Shown here: positions 17,525 to 26,794 of the stretch, one piece after another
How the letters are laid out: every line of letters begins with the position of its first letter
Numbering within the stretch: the stretch's first letter is position 1
From: Thermoanaerobaculia bacterium
GTDB taxonomy: Bacteria > Acidobacteriota > Thermoanaerobaculia > Gp7-AA8
DNA length: 47,807 nucleotides
Assembly (NCBI GenBank): GCA_041483175.1
Contig: JBGPFD010000001.1
Location: 1 to 47,807, forward strand
Direction: 5' to 3'
Notes under the pieces: generated by a model
Database searches by the model: none
What the model saw: the letters and a program-made list of their open reading frames with translations, nothing else
Told to the model about the DNA's origin: nothing
Made by a program: the position numbers and the translations under genes

Positions 17525-18532
17525 TCATCCGCCGATTTTCGACATCTCGACCTTCTTGAGTCCCGCGGTCTGCTCCGAGCGAACCTCGGAATAGCGATCG
17601 TCGCGGGCGCGCCAGATCGAGCGGATGGTCTCGAGCAGCTCCTCGTCGGACGTGCCGTTGCGCAGCGGGCTCCGCAGATCGAATCCTTCGCTGGCAAAGA
17701 GGCAGAGGTAGAGCTTCCCATCCGCGGTCAGGCGCGCGCGTGTGCAACTGCCGCAGAACGGCTGCGTGACCGAGGTGATGATGCCGAATTCGCCGGCACC
17801 ATCCGCATAGCGCCATCGTTCGACGACTTCGCCGAAGTAATTCGGCTGGATGCTTTCGATCGGCCACTCGCGCGCCATTCGCTCGAGAATCTCGCGCCCC
17901 GAAACGACGTCTTCCATCCGCCAGCCGTTCGTCGTCCCCACATCCATGTACTCAATGAAGCGGACGATGTGGCCTGTACCGCGAAAGTGGCGGGCCATAT
18001 CGACGATGCTCCGTTCGTTGACGCCGCGTTTGACGACCATGTCGATCTTCACCGGCGAGAGCCCCGCGTCGCCGGCCGCATCGACGGCCGCCAGGACACG
18101 CGCGACAGGAAAACTGACGTCGTTCATCGACCGGAAGACCGCGTCATCGAGGGAATCGAGGCTGACGCTGATTCGGTTCAGGCCGGCACTTTTCAGCGCG
18201 CGCGCCTTCTCGGCGTTGAGCAGCGAGCCGTTGGTGGTCATGGTCAGATCGTGCAGCCCGCGCGTAGAGGCGAGCATTTCGACCAGCTCTTCGATGTCGC
18301 GACGCAGGAGCGGCTCGCCGCCGGTGAGGCGAATCTTTTCCACGCCCGCCTGGGCGAAGAGCTGCGCCAGCCGGGCGATCTCCTCGAAGGTCAGCAGCTC
18401 ATCGCGGCGGAGAAACTCGAAATCGCGTCCGAAAATCTCGCGCGGCATGCAATAGGTGCAGCGGAAATTGCATCGGTCGGTGACCGAAATGCGCAGATCG
18501 CGCAGTGGACGTCCGAGGCGATCGAGAGGCAT
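17525..18532 (-). CDS. moaA: GTP 3',8-cyclase (molybdenum cofactor biosynthesis, radical SAM).
   Basis: [25 protein letters not shown] and the C-terminal [21 protein letters not shown] chose ATG 18532 ([10 protein letters not shown]). Confidence 0.9.
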   Translation of the reverse strand: MPLDRLGRPLRDLRISVTDRCNFRCTYCMPREIFGRDFEFLRRDELLTFEEIARLAQLFAQAGVEKIRLTGGEPLLRRDIEELVEMLASTRGLHDLTMTTNGSLLNAEKARALKSAGLNRISVSLDSLDDAVFRSMNDVSFPVARVLAAVDAAGDAGLSPVKIDMVVKRGVNERSIVDMARHFRGTGHIVRFIEYMDVGTTNGWRMEDVVSGREILERMAREWPIESIQPNYFGEVVERWRYADGAGEFGIITSVTQPFCGSCTRARLTADGKLYLCLFASEGFDLRSPLRNGTSDEELLETIRSIWRARDDRYSEVRSEQTAGLKKVEMSKIGG

Positions 18533-18546
18533 TTGAACCTGAGAAA

Positions 18547-19380
18547 CTAGCGCGGCGCGAACAAAAACTCCAGCATTGGCCGTGCCCGGCGGGCCCACGC
18601 GCGTTCGCTGTGATCGCCGCGCCGGTCCTCATGGTAGTGCAACTCTTCGTCAGTCCAGCCTTTGCGGAAGAGCCGGTCGCGCAGCGCATGCGCATCACGA
18701 ATGGTGTCGCTTCCCTCCCTCCCACCGACGTCGAGCCAGATGCGCGGTCGCGCTCCCGAAAAGCGATCGACGACGTCGAGAATCGATCGCTTGTCCCACC
18801 AGACCGACGGCGACATCACGCCGAGGCGCGTGAAGGTGTCCGGATACGTCAGGCCGAGGAACAGCGAGGCGAGCGCGCCGAGTGAAGAGCCTGCGATGCC
18901 GGTGATGGCCGCCTCGGTCCGATATCGCGCATCGATCGCGGGCTTCAGCTCCTCGATCAGCATTCGCCCATACTCGGCTGCCCGGCCGCCGACGACACGC
19001 GCGCTGTCGCGCGTCGGCGTGTACTCGTCGATCCGACCGGGGCCGGCGTGATCGACGCCGACGACGATCATCGGCTCGATCATCCGATCGTCGGCGGCCT
19101 GTTCGACTGCCTCTGCGAGGCGCCAGTGTTGGCCGTGAATGAACGCCCGGTGCGGCTCGAACAGATTCTGCCCGTCCTGCATGTAGAGGACGGGATAGCG
19201 CTGCTGCTCGCGGTCGTATCCCGGCGGGAGATGGATGGTGATATCGCGCGCGTTGCCGAGAATCCTCGATTCGAACGCGGCGATCCGCTCGAGTGTGCCG
19301 TGGCGCAGCGCGGGTCGGCGATTGTCCAGCCGCAGGACGCGCCCGAAGGTCGCGCGAAGGGTCTCCCGCATTGCGCGCAT
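18547..19380 (-). CDS. Alpha/beta hydrolase, putative esterase family.
   Basis: [10 protein letters not shown]...[13 protein letters not shown] and the GxSxG nucleophile elbow (IAGSSLGA). ATG 19380 overlaps the flavin reductase TGA by 1 nt. An alternative ATG is at 19371. Confidence 0.8.
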   Translation of the reverse strand: MRAMRETLRATFGRVLRLDNRRPALRHGTLERIAAFESRILGNARDITIHLPPGYDREQQRYPVLYMQDGQNLFEPHRAFIHGQHWRLAEAVEQAADDRMIEPMIVVGVDHAGPGRIDEYTPTRDSARVVGGRAAEYGRMLIEELKPAIDARYRTEAAITGIAGSSLGALASLFLGLTYPDTFTRLGVMSPSVWWDKRSILDVVDRFSGARPRIWLDVGGREGSDTIRDAHALRDRLFRKGWTDEELHYHEDRRGDHSERAWARRARPMLEFLFAPR

Positions 19381-19853
19381 CAAGAGCGCATCTCGCCATA
19401 GCCGCTGCGGAAATAGAGGAGGGGCTTCCCCTCGCGCACGCGCGCGTCGACCACTTCGCCGACGAAGATCGAGTGATCGCCGCCGGGAAGCTGGTCGCGC
19501 AGCGCGCACTCCAGGGTGGTCAGCGCACCGCCGATCAGCGGCACGCCGAGCGCGCCGCGCTGGAGCTCGACTCCGGAGAATTTGTCTTCCATGCGAGAAG
19601 CGAAGCGGGAGGAAATCTCCGCCTGCTCCGCGCTGAGAATGCTGACGCCGAATTTCCCCGATGCCACGATGGCCTCGTGCGTCTTGACGCTCTTTTCCAC
19701 ACAGATCAGAACCAGCGGAGGGCGCAGCGATACCGAGGCGAACGACGCGACAGTCATGCCGTAGGGCCGGCCCCCATGCTCGGTCGTCACCACCGTGACT
19801 CCGCTCGCGAAATGCGACATCGCCAGCTTGAACGCAGCTTCGTCGACGGGCAT
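19380..19853 (-). CDS. Flavin reductase family protein.
   Basis: FKLAMSHFASGVTVVTTEHGGRPYGMTVASFASVSLRPPLVLICV is the typical Flavin_Reduct domain. Confidence 0.85.
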   Translation of the reverse strand: MPVDEAAFKLAMSHFASGVTVVTTEHGGRPYGMTVASFASVSLRPPLVLICVEKSVKTHEAIVASGKFGVSILSAEQAEISSRFASRMEDKFSGVELQRGALGVPLIGGALTTLECALRDQLPGGDHSIFVGEVVDARVREGKPLLYFRSGYGEMRS

Positions 19854-19911
19854 GGGAACGCGAGTTTAAATCATGTCACGGGATAGGAGGCCACATGCCG
19901 ACCTCCCGCGG

Positions 19912-20006
19912 CCTTCTCAATTCTGCATTCTGCGTTCTGCATTTATGGGCCATTCTTGCTCTGTTTCCGTTTTCTTGCTCATTCTGCATTCTGCGTTTCG
20001 CCTGCT
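19912..20006. repeat. Unidirectional heptamer arrays (attctgc-type) in a divergent intergenic region, sharing a 30-nt exact block with 223..252.
   Basis: cttctca attctgc attctgc gttctgc at 19912..19939 and cattctg cattctg cgtttcg cctgctg at 19979..20006. ttctcaattctgcattctgcgttctgcatt at 19913..19942 is identical to 223..252. Confidence 0.8.
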
Positions 20007-20071
20007 GTCGCAACCGCCGGCCGCTAACTTTTTCCCCTGCCGCGCGTAATAGGCTCTCAAAAGGAGGCGCC

Positions 20072-21019
20072 ATGCGTCGCAGCCGAATCACGCTTATCCT
20101 CGCCTTACTCTTCATTCCCGCGGCCCTCGCGGCCGCCGATGCCCCCCTCCACCGTACGTTCAACGTCGCTCCCGGCGGAACGCTGACCATCGATGCCGAC
20201 GTCGGCAACATTCAGGTCAGCCCGGGCGCCGGCGGTGTAACAGTCGATGTGTTCCAGCGTGGGCGGAGCGAAAGCAATTTTGAAGTCACCTTGGATCAGC
20301 AGGCGAACGACGTCATCGTTCGCGCTCGCGACCACCGTGCCTCACGCTGGTTCAACTGGAGGAACGATCTTGAGGTGAAGTTCGCGGTCACCGTTCCGTC
20401 GCGCTACAACCTGCAGCTCAACACTTCGGGCGGCGACATCGGTGTCGGCGATCTCCAGGGCGATGTCCACTGTAAGACTTCGGGGGGGACGATCCGCGCC
20501 GGCCACATCACCGGTCCGGTCGAAGCGCGCACGTCCGGCGGCGATGTTTCCGTCGATGCCGCCACCGGCAAGCTCGATCTTCACACCTCCGGCGGAAGCA
20601 TTCGCATTGGCGATGCGGCCGGGTCGGTTCAGGCGAAGACCTCCGGCGGGTCGATCGACGTCCGCCGCGCCGGCGGGGACCTCTATGCACGAACCTCTGG
20701 CGGCGGCATCACCATCGACGAGGCCCTCGGCGCCGTCGATGCGCAGACGTCCGGCGGGTCGATCCGCGCCCGACTCACACAGCAGCCGCGCGCCGATTCG
20801 CGCCTCTCCACATCCGGCGGGAGCATCACCGTCTCCATGGCGCCGAGCGTAGCCCTCGACGTCGACGCGCACACCAGCGGCGGCGATGTCGACACCGACA
20901 TCCCGGTCACGCTCCTCGGCCGGCAGAGCGACTCGTCGCTCGAGGGGAAAATCAACGGCGGCGGACCAAAACTCGTCCTGCGCTCCTCGGGCGGCGGCAT
21001 CCGGCTGCGGAAAATGTAG
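20072..21019 (+). CDS. DUF4097 family beta-strand repeat protein (putative adhesin), secreted.
   Basis: An aaggagg RBS, ATG 20072, the signal peptide MRRSRITLILALLFIPAALAAA and about nine TSGG(D/S)I repeats. Confidence 0.75.
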   Translation: MRRSRITLILALLFIPAALAAADAPLHRTFNVAPGGTLTIDADVGNIQVSPGAGGVTVDVFQRGRSESNFEVTLDQQANDVIVRARDHRASRWFNWRNDLEVKFAVTVPSRYNLQLNTSGGDIGVGDLQGDVHCKTSGGTIRAGHITGPVEARTSGGDVSVDAATGKLDLHTSGGSIRIGDAAGSVQAKTSGGSIDVRRAGGDLYARTSGGGITIDEALGAVDAQTSGGSIRARLTQQPRADSRLSTSGGSITVSMAPSVALDVDAHTSGGDVDTDIPVTLLGRQSDSSLEGKINGGGPKLVLRSSGGGIRLRKM

Positions 21020-21094
21020 CGGGCGATCTATCTGGTCGCCCGGCGCTGGCGAGCGCGGCGCCAGCACTGAAGCCCCTCATCCGGCCTTCGGCCA

Positions 21095-21235
21095 CCTTCT
21101 CCCCGCAACCGGGGAGAAGGGTTCTCGCGCGAGTTCCCTCGCTCCCCGTAGCGGGGAGAGGGTGCCGCGAAGCAACCGGGGAGAAGGGTTCTCGCGCGAG
21201 TTCCCTCGCCCCGCGTAGCGGGGAGAGGGTGCCGC
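21095..21235. repeat. GC-rich REP-like hairpin cluster containing a 63-nt unit repeated twice (period 67).
   Basis: Units at 21106..21168 and 21173..21235 are near-identical (caaccggggagaagggttctcgcgcgagttccctcgc...gtagcggggagagggtgccgc). An 11-bp stem, ccttctccccg/cggggagaagg, lies at 21095..21120. Confidence 0.8.
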
Positions 21236-21277
21236 CCTTCGACTTCGCTCAGGACAGGCTCCGCGGCGGGTGAGGGG

Positions 21278-22627
21278 TCAGGATGACGCCAGAATCGCCT
21301 GCGCCGCGGCGCGGGCGGAGGCCAGCGATGCGTCGGAGAGCAGTCCCGCGTCGCCGATCCAGTCGCCGGCGAGGAAGAGGCCGCGGATGGACGTGCTGGG
21401 GGCCGGGCGGGTAGCGGGGGCGGGTGGGATCAGGCCGTTGGAGACCACCATCGACGGGAGAAAACGGCAGTGCACGACGAGCGCGCGCCACCCTGGCTGC
21501 ATCTCATCGAGCAGCGTTTCGAGCTCCGATTCGTCTCCCCCGCCGTAACGCGCGACATGGATGAGCGCGCCTCCTTTGGGCGTGAGCTGCGCCCAGCGTG
21601 AATGGACGGAGAAGTAGAGCGGGCGATCGATGCCCAGGGCAAACGTCTTTTTCGGATCGGGCAGGCGCGACAGACCTACATCGAGTGAGGAAATAACCAC
21701 CGGATGCAGGTCGGGCCAGTCGAGATCGGGCACGAGATCGCGCGCGGCTTGCGGCTCGACGGCCAGCAGCACGGTGTCGGCGGCCAGTCGCGCTCCCTGC
21801 TGCGAAGGACGCGCGCCAGGCAGCAGCATCTCCACCGTGCCCTGCGCATCGTTCTCCAGTCCGCCGATCTCGATTCCGCGGACCGACTGCTGCTGGTGAT
21901 TGACGGAGAGCACGCGCGAGCTGGTGACAAAGTTCACGCCGGCAGTGACCGCCGAGGTGTGCAGGGCGTCGACGATTTTCTGCCATCCCTCGTCGACGTA
22001 GAGGACGCCGCGCATCGCCAGGCGAAGCTGCTGGAGCGCAGCGCTGGCGCGCAGTTTGCCGAGGTCATGGCAATAGGTCGCAAGCCGCAGCAACGCTTCC
22101 ATCGTCTCGCGCGTTCGCGTGCGCTGGACGCTCTGATCGAGCCACTGCCGGGCGGAAATGGCGGCGCCGTACTCCGATCCTTTTTTCAGACGCCGGATGT
22201 GCAGGAGCAGCTTCGCACTTTCGAGTTTGTCGCCCATAGACAGCAGCCGCGTCGTCAGCAGGGACCAGGTGTTGCCGGGACATTTGTAGCGTTCGCGCCC
22301 GTAGAGCGCGATGCCGTTGCCGTTCGGCACGCCGCCGCGCAAGGGAATGCCCAGCTCGCGGAGAACTTCGGCGCCGGCACCTCCTTGGTAGAATGCGTGC
22401 GGTCCGAGGTTGAACCGATAGCCGTGGCGGAGATGGGTGACCGCACGGCCACCCAGGGAGCGGCGTTTTTCGAAGAGCGTGACCGTCCGGCCACCCCGCG
22501 CGAGGTAAACGGAGGCCGCCAGACCGGCGATGCCTCCGCCGATGATGACAACGTTCCTGTCCAAGAGCGCGCGATCGTATCGCGCGCATCTCACGATTGC
22601 ACGCCATGCTTTTTTGGTAGAATCCAA
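21278..22627 (-). CDS. NAD(P)/FAD-dependent oxidoreductase (phytoene desaturase/amine oxidase-like).
   Basis: VVIIGGGIAGLAASVYLARGGRTVTLFEKRRSLGGRA is a dinucleotide-binding motif. The start is uncertain: the track start is TTG 22627, and an in-frame TTG giving MDRNVVIIGGG is also plausible. Confidence 0.8.
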   Translation of the reverse strand: MDSTKKAWRAIVRCARYDRALLDRNVVIIGGGIAGLAASVYLARGGRTVTLFEKRRSLGGRAVTHLRHGYRFNLGPHAFYQGGAGAEVLRELGIPLRGGVPNGNGIALYGRERYKCPGNTWSLLTTRLLSMGDKLESAKLLLHIRRLKKGSEYGAAISARQWLDQSVQRTRTRETMEALLRLATYCHDLGKLRASAALQQLRLAMRGVLYVDEGWQKIVDALHTSAVTAGVNFVTSSRVLSVNHQQQSVRGIEIGGLENDAQGTVEMLLPGARPSQQGARLAADTVLLAVEPQAARDLVPDLDWPDLHPVVISSLDVGLSRLPDPKKTFALGIDRPLYFSVHSRWAQLTPKGGALIHVARYGGGDESELETLLDEMQPGWRALVVHCRFLPSMVVSNGLIPPAPATRPAPSTSIRGLFLAGDWIGDAGLLSDASLASARAAAQAILASS

Positions 22628-22666
22628 GCAAAGTTCCGCCCGATCAGGTTTCCGAAAGGCAGCTCA

Positions 22667-23128
22667 ATGAAGAAAATCGTTGTCGGAATTGCATTGCTTC
22701 TGACCGCGGTGGCGGGATTTTCCGCCCCCGATCGGCCGGCCGCGCCTGAGATTTCCCCGCCGTCGAATGGCGAAGACTGGATGAGACTCAGCAGCACCGA
22801 GAAGCTCTTCTGGTCCATCGGCTACTCGCAGGGATATCTCGACGCCCTCCATAAGATCGATGTGGCCTCCGGACCCAACTCCCCCTGCTCCAGTCTCGCG
22901 TCACGGACCGAACGGCAGACATCAACGGCCGGCAAGGTCACGGGATTCGAACTGGTCTCCGGGCTGGAGAAGTTCTATTCGGATCCTGCGAACACGCTGG
23001 TTCCGATCGGAAGCGCGATCCGGATCTATCTGCTCCAGGCGAGCGGAAAAGATCAGACCACGATTCAGGAGCTCATCGAGACCGCCCGGGTCCTCGGCGC
23101 CGAGGCTGCGCGCCGGCCGCAGAAGTAG
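22667..23128 (+). CDS. Secreted hypothetical protein.
   Basis: ATG 22667 with signal peptide MKKIVVGIALLLTAVAGFSAP. The upstream 320 codons of track ORF 21704..23128 are an antisense shadow of the oxidoreductase. An extended -10 tggTAGAAT lies at 22615..22623. Confidence 0.55.
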   Translation: MKKIVVGIALLLTAVAGFSAPDRPAAPEISPPSNGEDWMRLSSTEKLFWSIGYSQGYLDALHKIDVASGPNSPCSSLASRTERQTSTAGKVTGFELVSGLEKFYSDPANTLVPIGSAIRIYLLQASGKDQTTIQELIETARVLGAEAARRPQK

Positions 23129-23135
23129 CGCGGCC

Positions 23136-23579
23136 GTGTCGCGGCTCGTTGCGGTGACGGCGTTTGTTCTCCTCGCCGCAACCGCAACGACCACCGAGGT
23201 CGCCATTCGCAAGGAGCTGCGGGCCGCCGCAGCGGCCGATGATCTCCCTCGCTTCGACGCGGCGCTCGACCGCGCGCACACGACGATCGAGACGATGAAG
23301 CTCGGGAAACGGCGGAATGCATTTCGCCGGGCCATCTTCGCCGCCGAGGACATCTCCCGGGTTTGGCATTTTGCAATGGATGACCCGAACGGCCTGTTTT
23401 TTGACGACGAACGGCTTCCTTTCTTCTATGACCATCTCGTCGCCGACTATCCAAATTACCCGCATTTCATAGAGGAGTACCGCGTGATCGACCGTACCGG
23501 CCTGCCGCAGTATCCCACCCGCGAGACGCGTGCCTTCCTGATGCAACGGCTGGAAAACACCGCCCCCACTTCTCCGTAG
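23136..23579 (+). CDS. Hypothetical protein with an N-terminal hydrophobic segment.
   Basis: GTG 23136 lies 7 nt after the preceding stop and gives VSRLVAVTAFVLLAATA. Codon periodicity looks coding. No family recognised. Confidence 0.45.
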   Translation: MSRLVAVTAFVLLAATATTTEVAIRKELRAAAAADDLPRFDAALDRAHTTIETMKLGKRRNAFRRAIFAAEDISRVWHFAMDDPNGLFFDDERLPFFYDHLVADYPNYPHFIEEYRVIDRTGLPQYPTRETRAFLMQRLENTAPTSP

Positions 23580-23587
23580 AACCAAGC

Positions 23588-24709
23588 GTGGCCCACCTCC
23601 GCGACTGGCTTGACCTCGGACGAAACACGATCGACTCGCTGAAGATCAGCGATGCGACCCGTTTCTACGAAACCGAGTGGCCGGAAACGAAAAGGATGCT
23701 CATCGCCGACCATAGGGAGGCGATCGAGGGAGAGCGCAAACGCGTCCGGCGCACGGTCCGAACTGCGAGCGCCATCATGCACGGCCTGGCCAAACGGCTT
23801 GCGCCGCACCGGCGCGTCCTGTTTGTGCTGTCGTGGATTTCGTTCTTCGTCTGCATCATGGCCATCTTCTCGCGGATGAATCACCCGCCGTTCGTCATCT
23901 TTGTGGAGATCGTGGCCACATTCCTCGTGCTCACGCTGCTGCTGGCGATGGAACTCATCGACAAGATCAAATATCGCGACGAGCTCGAGCTCGCCCGCGA
24001 CCTGCAGGCGGGGCTGATTCCGAAAGAGCCGGCGCAGACACCCGAGTTCGGCGTGGCAGCATTCAACGAGATCGCCAATACCGTCGGCGGCGACATCTAT
24101 GACTTCGTGCCGCTGCCCGACGGCCGGCTCGCGGTGCTCTTCGGTGACGCATCCGGCCACGGGATGGCCGCTGGTCTGGTGATGGCCGTAGCGCACGCCG
24201 CGTTTCGAACGGAACTCGACGTCGATCCCTCCCCCGTCGGCATCATCACCGCACTCAATCGCATCCTCTGCCGCACCGGCGGATCGCGATCGTTTTTCGC
24301 CTGCTGCTACGTTCTCCTCGCGCCCGATGGCACGTTCAGCGCGACGGTCGCCGGACATCCGCAGGTGCTCAAGATCGACTGCCACGGAAAAATCGTCGAG
24401 CGACTCGGATCCGGCTCGTATCCGCTCGGCATCAAGAGCAGCCTTACATGGCCGGAGATCCACGGCACGCTCGCACTGGGAGAGCGCCTGCTGCTCCATT
24501 CGGACGGGCTGACGGAAGCGCGCAATGCCCACGGGCGCGAGTTCGGCGACGCGTTCGTCGAGGCGGTTGTTGGCTGGAGCCCCAGCGCACCGCCCGCGGA
24601 GCTCGTGCGGACGCTCATCGACGAGTGGAAGCTGTTCACGGGCGACCGGCCGCCGGAGGATGACGTGTCGGTGGCCGTGGTGCAGCGCACGATGTCATCC
24701 CGAGCGTAG
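23588..24709 (+). CDS. Membrane-anchored PP2C-family (SpoIIE-type) serine phosphatase.
   Basis: Two TM helices, then GGDIYDFVPLPDGRLAVLFGDASGHGMAAGLVMA, HSDGLTEARN and DDVSVAVV, which are SpoIIE domain motifs. GTG start. Confidence 0.85.
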   Translation: MAHLRDWLDLGRNTIDSLKISDATRFYETEWPETKRMLIADHREAIEGERKRVRRTVRTASAIMHGLAKRLAPHRRVLFVLSWISFFVCIMAIFSRMNHPPFVIFVEIVATFLVLTLLLAMELIDKIKYRDELELARDLQAGLIPKEPAQTPEFGVAAFNEIANTVGGDIYDFVPLPDGRLAVLFGDASGHGMAAGLVMAVAHAAFRTELDVDPSPVGIITALNRILCRTGGSRSFFACCYVLLAPDGTFSATVAGHPQVLKIDCHGKIVERLGSGSYPLGIKSSLTWPEIHGTLALGERLLLHSDGLTEARNAHGREFGDAFVEAVVGWSPSAPPAELVRTLIDEWKLFTGDRPPEDDVSVAVVQRTMSSRA

Positions 24710-24817
24710 CGAGGGACCTGGGCGGACGGGCGGCACGCATCTGTAGCCGTCGACATTCGCCATCGACATCCCGGCGCCACACACCCACACAGGCCCCTCG
24801 CTACGCTCGGGGTGACA
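24693..24817. repeat. MITE-like element with 28-bp terminal inverted repeats (26/28 matching) flanking 69 nt, spanning the 3' ends of two convergent genes.
   Basis: Left arm tgtcatcccgagcgtagcgagggacctg at 24693..24720. Right arm caggcccctcgctacgctcggggtgaca at 24790..24817. Confidence 0.8.
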
Positions 24818-26666
24818 CAGCTTGCCGCTCGACCAGCCCCTCGAACACCTGCAACGCCAGATCGACGCGCCCCAACGGCGCAGACACCTGCACGCCGGCG
24901 ACCTGCACGCGCTCGAGCGTCTCGCGCGCGATTGTCACGCCCTCGCGCAACGCGAATTCTTTTCCTTTGTCGCTGGCGATGCGCATCCGCTCCATGACTT
25001 CATCCGAAACCGCGACGCCGGGCACCTCGTTGTTCATGAACTGCGCGTTGCGGTACGAGAGCAGCGGCCAAATGCCGGCGACGATTGGCAAGCGCATGTT
25101 CTCGATGCGCTTCAAGAATTTCTCGAGCACGACGACATCGAAGACCGGCTGGGTGATCGCGTACTCCGCTCCGGCCTTCACCTTCCACTCGAGCCGCCGC
25201 AACTCGTAATCGAGATCGAGGTGACCCGGATTGACGCCGACGCCGATGGTGAACTTCGTCGGCTCGCCGAAGGGATTCCCGCCGAGATCGAGACCGCGAT
25301 TCATCAGGCTGACCATATTCGTCAGGCCGATGGCATCGATGTCAAAGACCGCGGTGGCATCGGGATACGGCCCCATCTTCGGCGGATCGCCGGTAATCAA
25401 CAGGAGATTGCGCAGCCCGAGCGCGGCGCATCCGAGCAGATCGGAGTGCATGCCGAGGAGGTTGCGATCGCGGCAGCAGTAATGGAGGACCGCCTCGATT
25501 CCCACGCGCTGCTGCAGCAGCACGGCGACGGCGATCGCTCCCATCCGATTCTGCGCGCGCGGGCCGTCGGGCACGTTGACACCGTCGACGCCTGCTTCCT
25601 TGATCGCCTGCACTGACTTGAGCATGGCCTCGGGATTCGGGCCCTTCGGCGGCGTGATCTCGATGGTCGTGACGAATTCTCCGCGCGCGATCTTGTGCCC
25701 CCAGCGCGAGCGCCCTTCGAGCGGAATCGGCTCCTGTCCCTGCGTCTTCTTTCCGTTCGCTTCGCGCTCGATGATCACAAACGAGCGACGCGGCGACAGC
25801 GGCCGGACCGCGTCGGCCATGGCGTGAATGTGCTCGGGCGTCGTCCCGCAGCAGCCGCCGAGGAACTTCACTCCTTTGTGAATCAGCCGCTTCGCGTATT
25901 TCGCCATGTAGTCGGGCGAGGCCATGTACATCTGCCGGCCGGCGACTTCGCGCGGCAATCCGGCGTTGGGCTGGCATGACAACTTCCGCGCCGTGGCGGC
26001 GCTCATCTCCTCAATAGCGTCGAGCATGACGTCGGGGCCGACCGAACAATTGAGCCCGATGACGTCGGCCCCCGCGCGATCGAGCCGTTCGGCGATCTGT
26101 CGCGGCGTGTCGCCGAAAATCGTCCGGACATCGTTGCCGATCGTCATCTGCGCCACGACCGGCAGCGAACAGATGTCGCGGATGGCCAGGATTCCCTGCT
26201 CGACCTCGGCGATGTTCGACATGGTCTCCAGGATGAAGAGGTCTACCCCGCCATCGCGCAGCGCCGCGGCCTGCTGGCGAAAGAACTCGCGCGCCTCGTC
26301 CAGCGCCGTCGGGCCGTACGGCTCGATGCGGATGCCCAGCGGACCGATCGCGCCGGCGACGTAGACCGAATCGCCCGCCGCCTTGCGCGCCAGCTCGACC
26401 GCGGTCAGGTTGATCTCGCGCAACTCGTCTTCGATGCCGAAGCTGCGCAGTTTCACCCGATTCGCGCCGTAGGTGTTGGTCTCCAGAATCTCGGCGCCCG
26501 CGCGCACGTACTGCTTGTGCACCTCCAGCACGATCTCCGGATTGCGGAGATTAAGCTCGTCGTAGCACTTGTTGATGAAGACTCCCTTGGCGTAGAGCAT
26601 CGTCCCCATAGCTCCGTCGAAAAGGTAGACGTGCTCGTCGGCAATCGCTTGAATGAAATCTTGCAT
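24801..26666 (-). CDS. Bifunctional homocysteine S-methyltransferase / 5,10-methylenetetrahydrofolate reductase (YitJ-like fusion).
   Basis: The N-terminal Hcy-binding domain is LFDGAMGTMLY...ETNTYGAN...GGCCGTTPEHI. The C-terminal MTHFR domain covers roughly 330..621 aa. Confidence 0.9.
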   Translation of the reverse strand: MQDFIQAIADEHVYLFDGAMGTMLYAKGVFINKCYDELNLRNPEIVLEVHKQYVRAGAEILETNTYGANRVKLRSFGIEDELREINLTAVELARKAAGDSVYVAGAIGPLGIRIEPYGPTALDEAREFFRQQAAALRDGGVDLFILETMSNIAEVEQGILAIRDICSLPVVAQMTIGNDVRTIFGDTPRQIAERLDRAGADVIGLNCSVGPDVMLDAIEEMSAATARKLSCQPNAGLPREVAGRQMYMASPDYMAKYAKRLIHKGVKFLGGCCGTTPEHIHAMADAVRPLSPRRSFVIIEREANGKKTQGQEPIPLEGRSRWGHKIARGEFVTTIEITPPKGPNPEAMLKSVQAIKEAGVDGVNVPDGPRAQNRMGAIAVAVLLQQRVGIEAVLHYCCRDRNLLGMHSDLLGCAALGLRNLLLITGDPPKMGPYPDATAVFDIDAIGLTNMVSLMNRGLDLGGNPFGEPTKFTIGVGVNPGHLDLDYELRRLEWKVKAGAEYAITQPVFDVVVLEKFLKRIENMRLPIVAGIWPLLSYRNAQFMNNEVPGVAVSDEVMERMRIASDKGKEFALREGVTIARETLERVQVAGVQVSAPLGRVDLALQVFEGLVERQAVSPRA

Positions 26667-26740
26667 AGGCGTTAGGTCCTGGGCGTTAGGCGTTGGGTGC
26701 TTCGGCTTACCTAACGCCTAGCGCCTGATACCTAACGCCT
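26667..26740. repeat. Inverted heptamer arrays (five plus five units) forming a 74-nt hairpin that directly abuts the start codon of the Hcy-MT/MTHFR gene.
   Basis: aggcgtt aggtcct gggcgtt aggcgtt gggtgct, then tcgg, then cttacct aacgcct agcgcct gatacct aacgcct. The ATG is at 26666..26664. Confidence 0.85.
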
Positions 26741-26772
26741 AAAAAAACAAATCCCCGCTGGGCTGCGGGGAC
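26741..26772 (-). terminator. Intrinsic terminator in the 5' leader of the Hcy-MT/MTHFR gene; candidate riboswitch expression platform.
   Basis: On the minus strand: ccccgc agccca gcgggg, followed by atttgttttttt. Confidence 0.65.
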
Positions 26773-26794
26773 CGTCGCTTACGCGAACTCTTGC

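Noticed and set aside
18533-19853. Moco riboswitch upstream of moaA.
   Set aside because: moaA starts 14 nt after the esterase stop, inside an operon. The leader of the operon (19854..20071) shows heptamer repeats but nothing I recognise as the Moco motif.
21020-21277. REP/MITE-like elements (also 11804..11880, 24693..24817, 26882..26940 and 29586..29643) considered as autonomous mobile elements or integron attC sites.
   Set aside because: There is no transposase, integrase or RAYT-like gene anywhere in the window. I report them as repeats only.
21704-22666. N-terminal 320 codons of track ORF 21704..23128.
   Set aside because: This part is the antisense of the FAD oxidoreductase. A signal-peptide-bearing start at 22667 with an upstream -10-like box gives a sensible 153-aa secreted protein.
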